From a virus (lineage: Duplodnaviria; Heunggongvirae; Uroviricota; Caudoviricetes), in IMG/VR virus record IMGVR_UViG_2693429635_000026: 8,466 bases of DNA; one strand, given 5' to 3'. The notes below the pieces were generated by a model, which was given only the letters and a program-made list of their open reading frames with translations, was not told where the DNA came from and made no database searches. Made by a program: the position numbers and the translations under genes. This document shows, piece by piece, positions 1 to 6,645 of this stretch. Each line of letters begins with the position of its first letter. Within the stretch, counting starts at the first letter, position 1.

Positions 1-483
1 ATGACGAAGAAAAAAGCACATAAACCTGGTTCAGCGACCATCGCGCTTAACAAGCGCGCCCGTCACGAATACTTTATCGAAGAAGAGTTCGAAGCGGGAC
101 TTGCCCTGCAAGGCTGGGAGGTTAAATCCCTGCGCGCAGGAAAAGCCAATATCAGCGACAGCTACGTCCTTCTGCGTGACGGAGAGGCATTTCTGTTTGG
201 CGCTAACATCACGCCAATGGCCGTGGCCTCCACGCATGTGGTGTGCGATCCTACCCGTACCCGCAAGTTACTTCTCAACCAGCGCGAACTGGACTCATTG
301 TACGGTCGCGTCAATCGAGAAGGCTATACCGTAGTGGCGCTCTCCCTGTACTGGAAAAATGCCTGGTGCAAAGTGAAAATCGGCGTCGCCAAAGGTAAAA
401 AACAGCACGATAAACGTTCAGATATCAAAGAACGCGAATGGCAGGTGGATAAAGCACGTATCATGAAAAACGCCCACCGTTAA
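1..483 (+). CDS. smpB: SsrA-binding protein SmpB (trans-translation factor), complete 160 aa
   Basis: ATG at 1, TAA at 481-483. The 160-aa translation ([30 protein letters not shown]...[10 protein letters not shown]) matches enterobacterial SmpB as I recall it, and the gene sits immediately upstream of ssrA as in the conserved smpB-ssrA arrangement. Confidence 0.96.
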
Positions 484-644
484 ACCTGCACTCCAATTAT
501 TGACCAGTTCCTCACCGCGCCTCCCTCTCCGGCGGCGCGAATCAACATCTTATTGGCTATCACATCCGACACAAATGTTGCCATCCCATTGCTTAATCGA
601 ATAAAAATCAGGCTACATGGGTGCTAAATCTTTAACGATAACGC

Positions 645-690
645 CATTGAGGCTGGTCATGGCGCTCATAAATCTGGTATACTTACCTTT
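645..690 (+). promoter_or_regulatory. putative sigma70 promoter for ssrA (extended -10)
   Basis: TGgTATACT at 675-683 is an extended -10 element ending about 15 nt upstream of the mature tmRNA 5' end. The -35 is weak or ambiguous (TGGTCA at 654-659 with 18-bp spacing). Assigned from position and motif only. Confidence 0.4.
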
Positions 691-697
691 ACACATT

Positions 698-1060
698 GGG
701 GCTGATTCTGGATTCGACGGGATTTGCGAAACCCAAGGTGCATGCCGAGGGGCGGTTGGCCTCGTAAAAAGCCGCAAAAAATAGTCGCAAACGACGAAAA
801 CTACGCTTTAGCAGCTTAATAACCTGCTTAGAGCCCTCTCTCCCTAGCCTCCGCTCTTAGGACGGGGATCAAGAGAGGTCAAACCCAAAAGAGATCGCGT
901 GGAAGCCCTGCCTGGGGTTGAAGCGTTAAAACTTAATCAGGCTAGTTTGTTAGTGGCGTGTCCGTCCGCAGCTGGCAAGCGAATGTAAAGACTGACTAAG
1001 CATGTAGTACCGAGGATGTAGGAATTTCGGACGCGGGTTCAACTCCCGCCAGCTCCACCA
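698..1060 (+). ncRNA. ssrA: tmRNA (transfer-messenger RNA, SsrA), full length 363 nt
   Basis: Starts GGGGCTGATTCTGGATTCGACGGG (tRNA-like 5' end). The internal tag frame GCA AAC GAC GAA AAC TAC GCT TTA GCA GCT TAA at 787-819 encodes the degradation tag ANDENYALAA. The 3' end is GGTTCAACTCCCGCCAGCTCCACCA (T-arm, acceptor, CCA) at 1036-1060. Confidence 0.95.
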
Positions 1061-1188
1061 ATCATGATTGGACGGTGTAAGGACAACACCAACAAAAACA
1101 GGAAGTTAGCAGTCTCAGCAGGACACCGACCAGACGGTGAGGAGACAAAAAAGGATACGCAAAGGAGCCGCGGCTCTCAAGTGTGAAA

Positions 1189-1217
1189 GAAGCCCGCAAA
1201 TTGCGGGCTTTTTTATT
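1189..1217 (+). terminator. rho-independent terminator downstream of ssrA
   Basis: GC-rich hairpin AGCCCGC-aaatt-GCGGGCT (1191-1209) followed by a T-run TTTTTTATT. Confidence 0.6.
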
Positions 1218-1269
1218 GATCAGTCAACAATAAACAGTAACCGAATGAGAATTTAATAAGGATATTCAT

Positions 1270-2301
1270 ATGGAAGCTACTGTGGATTCGATTGATTTTC
1301 TGATCCGTAGTGAAGATGATTTTCTAAACTTTCTGGAAGAAATGAAAGCCCGAGAGGGGCTTGATTCTAAAGAGTTTATTTTCCCTAACGTAAAGTTTGC
1401 AGGCTGGCCATCCTTAGACATAAATGTAAAAGGAGAGCGGTATCATTCATCAATTACATCAGCAATGTTGTTTGGTATGTCAATGCTCAACGAGGAGATA
1501 CAGCGGGCGTTTGCAACCATACGATACGGATCGCAGAATCTTCAACGCTTGACTAATGAAGACAAGCAACGACTTGATATAAATTTTAAAATTAGCGAAG
1601 GTTCTAGTGATGCGGAAGGCACCACTGACAAGATCATCAACGCAGTAACTGATTTTTTGCGAGATACTATGTCTGGACTGAACGGCTGGCAGAAAATGCT
1701 TGTTATAATCACAATGGTTGGCGCGGCCAGCACATGTGGTTATCACTACATTTCAGAAAATGCCGTAACAGAAAGACATGCAACTGATCGGCAGGTTGAA
1801 ATTGCAAAAACCACATCCGATGGCATAAACAAAGCCATAGAAGCAACATTAGATTATAAAATCTATGGGAAATCAGCGATTAGCGATAAAGTTACTAGTC
1901 ACGGACAAGCAGGTAAAAGTGCTTTAGTGAAGCAATTAGCTGCTGATCCTACTGTCGAAACCGTGACTTTAGGAAATGAGAAACTAACACGACAAGACCT
2001 AAATACCTACAACAGCCGACAATCTGTAGATAGAGAACGTAAAGAACGAACTGATATATTTTCCATCAAAGGTGTAACCAGAACAGGGCCAACAAATCAG
2101 GATATTAATATTAACGTTGTTAGGGTCTCTAATGACGAATGCTTCACAATCAAAGCTTCAGCTGATGTTATCACCCAAGATGAGTTGACAGCTATTGTTG
2201 ACGCTTTGTCAAACAACTCTCATATTAAAATCAGTTACTTAGAGGTAATTGAAAAGGGTGCTGTTTCTATAGGTCAGTTCAACACTATTGTTTCAGAATA
2301 A
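1270..2301 (+). CDS. hypothetical protein, 343 aa, with a central hydrophobic (putative transmembrane) segment; no recognised domain
   Basis: Long uninterrupted ORF with a Shine-Dalgarno-like AAGGA about 8 nt upstream of the ATG (TAAGGATATTCATATG). AT-rich codon usage consistent along its length. The stretch WQKMLVIITMVGAASTCGYHYI near residues 140-161 is hydrophobic. The antisense ORFs 1480..1746 and 1542..1733 are shadows. Confidence 0.72.
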   Translation: MEATVDSIDFLIRSEDDFLNFLEEMKAREGLDSKEFIFPNVKFAGWPSLDINVKGERYHSSITSAMLFGMSMLNEEIQRAFATIRYGSQNLQRLTNEDKQRLDINFKISEGSSDAEGTTDKIINAVTDFLRDTMSGLNGWQKMLVIITMVGAASTCGYHYISENAVTERHATDRQVEIAKTTSDGINKAIEATLDYKIYGKSAISDKVTSHGQAGKSALVKQLAADPTVETVTLGNEKLTRQDLNTYNSRQSVDRERKERTDIFSIKGVTRTGPTNQDININVVRVSNDECFTIKASADVITQDELTAIVDALSNNSHIKISYLEVIEKGAVSIGQFNTIVSE

Positions 2302-2352
2302 TCACTTAACCCCATTTATGTCGGTTGAGGTTATAAGTCACGGAGACCAGAT

Positions 2353-2697
2353 ATGTCCTTAAAGTATGCACATGAAAAATTTCATACTGCAGTACTTACT
2401 CTTGCGGGCCATGGAAGTATTCAAGAACGCTTGATTAATTCGTATGTTTTTAGCCTTGGGCATCTTAAAACAGCCGATGATATTCCAAATGCCTTACAAA
2501 GCAGGTTCGATGAATTATGTAAGGAACTGACTAAGTTTGATGCCACTGGCGATGAGGGGCGAGTTCAAGCAACAGTATCAAAACTTAACGATTTCGAGAT
2601 CAATAAACTGATCGAAGATATTGTCAGTCTTAACGATGATATTTGCATGAAATTGGCTCTGACGGATGAGACTTACCAAGACATACACCAAAGTTAA
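2353..2697 (+). CDS. hypothetical protein, 114 aa, acidic and probably alpha-helical; likely co-transcribed with the upstream 343-aa ORF
   Basis: ATG at 2353 preceded by GGAGA about 7 nt upstream. Same strand as ORF 1270..2301 with a 51-bp gap, and followed by a hairpin terminator. No recognised motifs. Confidence 0.65.
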   Translation: MSLKYAHEKFHTAVLTLAGHGSIQERLINSYVFSLGHLKTADDIPNALQSRFDELCKELTKFDATGDEGRVQATVSKLNDFEINKLIEDIVSLNDDICMKLALTDETYQDIHQS

Positions 2698-2724
2698 TTG
2701 ATTAAATTCAAAAAGTTAACGTTC

Positions 2725-2750
2725 AACCAGCCAGTTTTTGGCTGGTTTAT
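2725..2750. terminator. putative bidirectional hairpin terminator between convergent genes
   Basis: AACCAGCC-agttttt-GGCTGGTT (8-bp stem, 2725-2747) followed by TTTATTGTC on the plus strand and flanked by an A/T tract on the other side. It lies between the stop of ORF 2353..2697 (+) and the stop of ORF 2782..2994 (-). Confidence 0.45.
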
Positions 2751-2781
2751 TGTCTTATAATATTCTTGCTCGAATGATGCA

Positions 2782-2994
2782 CTATTTATGATGTAATCCG
2801 GACATCAGTTCATGGACAAGATTATCTCTTTCATTGTGTTGCAACCGTAAATGCATAGCAAAAAGGTGAGCACTATCCTCATTCCTCTTCAAGCCATGCT
2901 GTTCAAGATACCCGAAAAAACGGCTTCTCTTATCCGCTATTTCCTGAGTCTGACGTGCAACATTTACCAAATTTTCTAGCGTTTTTCTTGGCAT
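2782..2994 (-). CDS. hypothetical small protein, 70 aa
   Basis: The minus-strand ATG at 2992-2994 is preceded by a strong Shine-Dalgarno AGGAGG (revcomp of CCTCCT at 3002-3007) at good spacing. Basic and His-rich; no family recognised. Confidence 0.5.
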   Translation of the reverse strand: MPRKTLENLVNVARQTQEIADKRSRFFGYLEQHGLKRNEDSAHLFAMHLRLQHNERDNLVHELMSGLHHK

Positions 2995-3192
2995 ACTATT
3001 TCCTCCTGAAATTGTTGTAATTCACTAGGATATTCATTTTAATTTGTATCATTTAGTACCAAAACCGCTATCAATTAACAAAGCCATCGTTGTGGTTTAC
3101 CTTGCAGCCGTTTTTTGTCATTGACTCTATGTGAAAATAATGAATCATCATGAGATTGGCTCACACGTTCTTGAATTCGACGAGCTGTGTCT

Positions 3193-3747
3193 TTATTTAT
3201 CTCCTGCCGGAAACCTCTGATACAAAGTCGATACGCCAACATCATAGATAATCGCAACTTTCTGGCGCGGAACTCCTGATGCAATTAATCGTCCGGCTTG
3301 TGCCCATTGTTCTGGTGTAAGTTTGGGACGACGTCCACCAATTCGTCCCTGTGCGCGAGCAGCTTCCAGTCCAGCTTTTGTTCGTTCAACAATCAGTTCT
3401 CGTTCCATTTCAGCCAGGGCCCCCATCACATGAAAGAAAAAGCGCCCCATTGGGGTACTGGTATCAATTGAATCCGTCAGACTACGAAAGTTGATGCCTC
3501 GTTCGCGCAACTCCTCCACCAGCACGACAAGATGCCGCATACTGCGCCCCAGTCGGTCCAGTTTCCAGACCACCAGCGTATCGCCTGCCGATAATGTCCT
3601 GAGCAGTTTTTTCAGTCCCGGCCTTTCGGACTTTGTACCGCTTATCTTGTCTTCAAAAATCAGCTCGCATCCTGCACAGTTCAGCGCATTACGTTGTAGA
3701 TCTGTGTTCTGGTCATTTGTTGACACACGTACATAGCCAATAAGCAT
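3193..3747 (-). CDS. pin: serine-recombinase DNA invertase, Pin/Gin/Hin/Cin family (184 aa)
   Basis: Translation from the internal Met (MLIGYVRVSTNDQNTDLQRNAL...GDTLVVWKLDRLGRSM...GINFRSLTDSIDTS...MGRFFFHVMGALAEMERELI...) has the resolvase/invertase catalytic N-terminus with the active-site Ser in VRVSTNDQ and a C-terminal HTH-like region. It is close to E. coli Pin as I recall it. I take the start as the ATG at 3745-3747 (SD AGGGAGA upstream) rather than the upstream Met at 3783. A gix/pix-like site lies 55 bp upstream. Confidence 0.93.
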   Translation of the reverse strand: MLIGYVRVSTNDQNTDLQRNALNCAGCELIFEDKISGTKSERPGLKKLLRTLSAGDTLVVWKLDRLGRSMRHLVVLVEELRERGINFRSLTDSIDTSTPMGRFFFHVMGALAEMERELIVERTKAGLEAARAQGRIGGRRPKLTPEQWAQAGRLIASGVPRQKVAIIYDVGVSTLYQRFPAGDK

Positions 3748-3773
3748 GGTAGATCTCCCTGACAAAAGCAGGA

Positions 3774-4268
3774 ATGATGCCATTTGCTCGTTATTTCTGC
3801 ATTTTCATAAACGTTGGTTTGGGAGAAGCGGCAAAACGAAATGTGGGCAACGGGGAAAACCAAATCCCTGATATGTCTTTCTGGACGGTTACTGGTGGCA
3901 ATGGAAATTTTGTGATTCGTCAACCTGACGGGCTAATCATTCAGATGGTTACTGTAAGTATAAGCGGTCCAGTGGCGATGAATGGAATGACTGATAATGC
4001 TTATGCCATTACAGGTTCTAATAAGTCTTATATTGCCACAGCCACATTGCCCTTTGTATTTCCTAATAAGGTGCTGGGCGTTATCCCTCTGGTATCAACA
4101 ACAGCTTATGGTGGTGTATCCAGTAATATTACAGGTTCATACGCGACGGCGGTTTGTTCTTTTGCCGCTGTCAGGGGGAATAATACGATTGTGTTCAAAG
4201 TCGACAAACCACTGAATGCAGCCTTTCCTTCAGATACCAGCGTCTCAGCGTTAATCATTGGACGGTAA
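3774..4268 (+). CDS. silent tail-fibre variable C-terminal cassette (Sv copy) with no constant N-terminal region
   Basis: From about 3816 onward the reading frame is identical to the C-terminal roughly 150 aa of the tail fibre gene at 7063..7806 ([17 protein letters not shown]...SALIIGR). The first roughly 14 codons (MMPFARYFCIFINV) are antisense read-through of the pin leader and are not part of the homologous sequence. Probably not expressed in this orientation. Confidence 0.5.
   Translation: MMPFARYFCIFINVGLGEAAKRNVGNGENQIPDMSFWTVTGGNGNFVIRQPDGLIIQMVTVSISGPVAMNGMTDNAYAITGSNKSYIATATLPFVFPNKVLGVIPLVSTTAYGGVSSNITGSYATAVCSFAAVRGNNTIVFKVDKPLNAAFPSDTSVSALIIGR
3802..3827 (+). other. invertase crossover site A (gix/hix/pix-like 26-bp site, proximal to pin)
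   Basis: TTTTCATAAACG-TT-GGTTTGGGAGAA. The half-sites fit the TTnTCnnAAACC pattern of Hin/Gin-family sites around a central 2-bp crossover. The inner half plus crossover (TTGGTTTGGGAGAA) is identical to sites B and C. Confidence 0.6.
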
Positions 4269-4270
4269 GA

Positions 4271-4714
4271 ATGAACTCAGTATTCTTTTCACCCGCAAGT
4301 AAAAGTTTTTATCTGCAAGAATTGTTTCCAGAATATGAGGATGCGGGAACGCTTCCTGATGATGTTATTGAAATTACCAGAGAAACATATGAGCAATTTC
4401 TTGGGCTGCATCCAGAAGGGAAAGAAATTGGCGCTGACAGTTCAGGACGGCCAATATGGATTAATTCCCCGCCGCCTTCAAAAGAGGATGAGATGCTGGC
4501 GGCTGAAATGAAAAAGATATCTTTGGTTTCAGAAGTCAATACCTACATCAATACCCATCAGTGGCCTGGCAAAGCTGCTATTGGTCGTCTGAAAGGTTAC
4601 GAGCTGGAACAATATAATTTATGGCTGGATTATCTGGACGCACTGGAACTGGTTGATACCTCCAGTGCTCCAGATATTGAATGGCCTACGCCTCCGGTAG
4701 TTCAGGCCAGATGA
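4271..4714 (+). CDS. tail fibre assembly protein (Mu U-like chaperone), copy A
   Basis: 147 aa with the Tfa-type C-terminal motif ...DTSSAPDIEWPTPP. Starts 2 bp after the Sv stop, suggesting translational coupling. Identical to the ORF at 6617..7060 (-). Confidence 0.82.
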   Translation: MNSVFFSPASKSFYLQELFPEYEDAGTLPDDVIEITRETYEQFLGLHPEGKEIGADSSGRPIWINSPPPSKEDEMLAAEMKKISLVSEVNTYINTHQWPGKAAIGRLKGYELEQYNLWLDYLDALELVDTSSAPDIEWPTPPVVQAR

Positions 4715-5291
4715 CATCCGGCGCGGTGCTGGTATCTGTTGCAGTCACCGCGTCAATGTAATCCAGCACAGCGTTAAGCCGGGTTGTTTCTGCCTGCGTC
4801 AGCTTCCGCCCGGCCTGCAATTTCAGCTGAATCAGACTAATGGAAGCCATAGCAGCATCAATCAGTGACTGGCGCCGTACTTCTGCCGCGTCTACTGCGG
4901 CGTTATGCTGTGCCTCAGTATCGGTCACCCATTTCTCACCATCCCATTTATCGTATGACGTTAACGGGGCGATAGTGGTTGTATTTTCAGGGTAATCACC
5001 CGGAACTGTGATTTCTTTTGATTCTCCTGTTTCGGTGCTATAGACGATTTCACCGCGATGGTCTGGCACATATTCCCATGAGTTAAAATCTGCAGAACGG
5101 CAAATTGCATAACCAGCTTTATATGAGCCAGGAGCATCTAAACAGGAACATGCCGGGATACCAACACCCACAGCAAGATATTCAGTTGATGTGGAAATAT
5201 ATTCCCGTGTTTCACCATCATAATTATAAACGGTAATGTCTCCGGCCTTTGTGGCGATGAGTTCATTATTTAATACAGCTTTACTTATCAT
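4686..5291 (-). CDS. tail fibre assembly protein (Mu U'-like chaperone), copy A
   Basis: 201 aa ending ...DTSTAPDVIWPELPEA (Tfa family C-terminal motif). Identical to the ORF at 6040..6645 (+). Its 3' end overlaps the 3' end of 4271..4714 convergently by 29 bp. Confidence 0.82.
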   Translation of the reverse strand: MISKAVLNNELIATKAGDITVYNYDGETREYISTSTEYLAVGVGIPACSCLDAPGSYKAGYAICRSADFNSWEYVPDHRGEIVYSTETGESKEITVPGDYPENTTTIAPLTSYDKWDGEKWVTDTEAQHNAAVDAAEVRRQSLIDAAMASISLIQLKLQAGRKLTQAETTRLNAVLDYIDAVTATDTSTAPDVIWPELPEA

Positions 5292-5570
5292 GCAGCCCTC
5301 ACAATATAATTAAAGGCGATGTTACGGGAGCGGGTTTCAGATGCTGTGCGAACTGAGCGAGATGCGTCGAATGTCCAGTTATAAGCGCCATAACCCTCAA
5401 TAATTTCGGCTTCCTTTAGACCTGTAGATAATACTTGCCCATGTTGACTAAATGGCCCTGAACTAAGTACGTCTCTAAAAAGCTGGGTACGCCCAAAAGA
5501 ACCAACAATATTCTGAATTGCATCATTCTGTGCAGATAATAAGTTACGACCAGAGTCAATCCCGCGCCCA
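5288..5570 (-). pseudogene. 5'-truncated copy of the tail-collar-type variable cassette Sv' (C-terminal roughly 93 codons, no start)
   Basis: Reverse complement of 5761..6043, which is the C-terminal part of ORF 5576..6043 (...ETRSRNIAFNYIVRAA). The duplication breakpoint at 5570/5571 cuts the cassette mid-gene, and there is no in-frame Met in the retained part. Confidence 0.55.
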
Positions 5571-5584
5571 TTGGTTTGGGAGAA
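5559..5584 (+). other. invertase crossover site C (conserved inner half and crossover, degenerate outer half)
   Basis: ATCCCGCGCCCA-TT-GGTTTGGGAGAA. The crossover and inner half are identical to sites A and B, but the outer half is a poor match. Recombination with site B would fuse the constant part of S in frame to Sv'. Confidence 0.55.
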
Positions 5585-6043
5585 GGTTCGGCATTACCCG
5601 TTGGTGTGCCTGTTCCGTGGCCTTCCGCCACTCCGCCAACGGGGTGGCTAAAATGTAACGGAGCAGTATTTTCTTCTGAAAAGTACCCAAATCTGGCAAA
5701 GGCTTACCCAACATTAAAATTACCAGATTTACGCGGTGAATTTATTCGTGGCTGGGATGATGGGCGCGGGATTGACTCTGGTCGTAACTTATTATCTGCA
5801 CAGAATGATGCAATTCAGAATATTGTTGGTTCTTTTGGGCGTACCCAGCTTTTTAGAGACGTACTTAGTTCAGGGCCATTTAGTCAACATGGGCAAGTAT
5901 TATCTACAGGTCTAAAGGAAGCCGAAATTATTGAGGGTTATGGCGCTTATAACTGGACATTCGACGCATCTCGCTCAGTTCGCACAGCATCTGAAACCCG
6001 CTCCCGTAACATCGCCTTTAATTATATTGTGAGGGCTGCATGA
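5576..6043 (+). CDS. alternative tail-fibre variable C-terminal cassette Sv' (phage tail-collar-like receptor-binding domain), currently unfused
   Basis: The translation carries motifs I recall from tail-fibre C-termini of the tail-collar type (ALPVGVPVPWPSATPPTGWLKCNGAVFSSEKYPNLA...LPDLRGEFIRGWDDGRGIDSGR...ETRSRNIAFNYIVRAA). The ORF-track start is a TTG lying inside site C, so the real product would be made only as a fusion after inversion. Its stop overlaps the downstream tfa start (ATGA). Confidence 0.75.
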   Translation: MGEGSALPVGVPVPWPSATPPTGWLKCNGAVFSSEKYPNLAKAYPTLKLPDLRGEFIRGWDDGRGIDSGRNLLSAQNDAIQNIVGSFGRTQLFRDVLSSGPFSQHGQVLSTGLKEAEIIEGYGAYNWTFDASRSVRTASETRSRNIAFNYIVRAA

Positions 6044-6645
6044 TAAGTAAAGCTGTATTAAATAATGAACTCATCGCCACAAAGGCCGGAGACATTACCG
6101 TTTATAATTATGATGGTGAAACACGGGAATATATTTCCACATCAACTGAATATCTTGCTGTGGGTGTTGGTATCCCGGCATGTTCCTGTTTAGATGCTCC
6201 TGGCTCATATAAAGCTGGTTATGCAATTTGCCGTTCTGCAGATTTTAACTCATGGGAATATGTGCCAGACCATCGCGGTGAAATCGTCTATAGCACCGAA
6301 ACAGGAGAATCAAAAGAAATCACAGTTCCGGGTGATTACCCTGAAAATACAACCACTATCGCCCCGTTAACGTCATACGATAAATGGGATGGTGAGAAAT
6401 GGGTGACCGATACTGAGGCACAGCATAACGCCGCAGTAGACGCGGCAGAAGTACGGCGCCAGTCACTGATTGATGCTGCTATGGCTTCCATTAGTCTGAT
6501 TCAGCTGAAATTGCAGGCCGGGCGGAAGCTGACGCAGGCAGAAACAACCCGGCTTAACGCTGTGCTGGATTACATTGACGCGGTGACTGCAACAGATACC
6601 AGCACCGCGCCGGATGTCATCTGGCCTGAACTACCGGAGGCGTAG
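6040..6645 (+). CDS. tail fibre assembly protein (U'-like), copy B, cognate chaperone of Sv'
   Basis: 201 aa, Tfa C-terminal motif, start overlapping the Sv' stop (ATGA), SD GAGGG upstream. Confidence 0.88.
   Translation: MISKAVLNNELIATKAGDITVYNYDGETREYISTSTEYLAVGVGIPACSCLDAPGSYKAGYAICRSADFNSWEYVPDHRGEIVYSTETGESKEITVPGDYPENTTTIAPLTSYDKWDGEKWVTDTEAQHNAAVDAAEVRRQSLIDAAMASISLIQLKLQAGRKLTQAETTRLNAVLDYIDAVTATDTSTAPDVIWPELPEA

Larger units (their letters stand above)
3814..5570. repeat. left arm of a 1757-bp exact inverted duplication (reverse complement of 5761..7517)
   Basis: Reverse-complement identity checked by eye at both ends (3814-3840 vs 7491-7517; 5561-5570 vs 5761-5770) and at internal junctions (4261-4280 vs 7051-7070; 5281-5300 vs 6031-6050). 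The translated ORF pairs are identical (201/201 aa, 147/147 aa, shared Sv C-terminus). Confidence 0.9.

Noticed and set aside
31-334. ORFs 31..237 (-) and 101..334 (+) inside smpB
   Set aside because: They lie wholly within the well-supported smpB frame on other frames or the opposite strand. Shadow ORFs.
698-1060. Truncation or 3'-end replacement of ssrA by the island
   Set aside because: The gene is the expected 363 nt with the native T-arm, acceptor and CCA end. No evidence of disruption.
1480-1746. Antisense ORFs 1480..1746 and 1542..1733 (-) inside the 343-aa ORF
   Set aside because: Short, fully nested in the longer sense ORF, and without convincing ribosome-binding sites. Most likely antisense shadows of an AT-rich gene.
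1900-1925. Walker A / P-loop NTPase motif in the 343-aa protein (GQAGKS)
   Set aside because: The spacing is G-x-x-G-K-S rather than G-x(4)-G-K-[ST], and no Walker B candidate follows in the expected context.
3075-3284. 69-aa ORF overlapping the 3' end of pin
   Set aside because: Its start lies inside the pin coding sequence in another frame, with no RBS. The 3075..3192 region is better explained as the pin 3' UTR and the promoter region of the 70-aa ORF.
3600-3747. Fis-dependent recombinational enhancer inside the 5' part of pin
   Set aside because: It is expected there from Hin/Gin biology, but Fis sites are too degenerate for me to pinpoint by eye. Not reported as a feature.
3491-3923. 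ORFs 3491..3736 (+) and 3681..3923 (-) around pin
   Set aside because: Both overlap the strongly supported pin gene or its leader and the crossover site, and have a low-complexity composition typical of off-frame translation.
5416-5631. 71-aa ORF on the minus strand across site C
   Set aside because: It is a different frame from the truncated Sv' copy and spans the duplication junction. It is an accident of the junction, not a gene.
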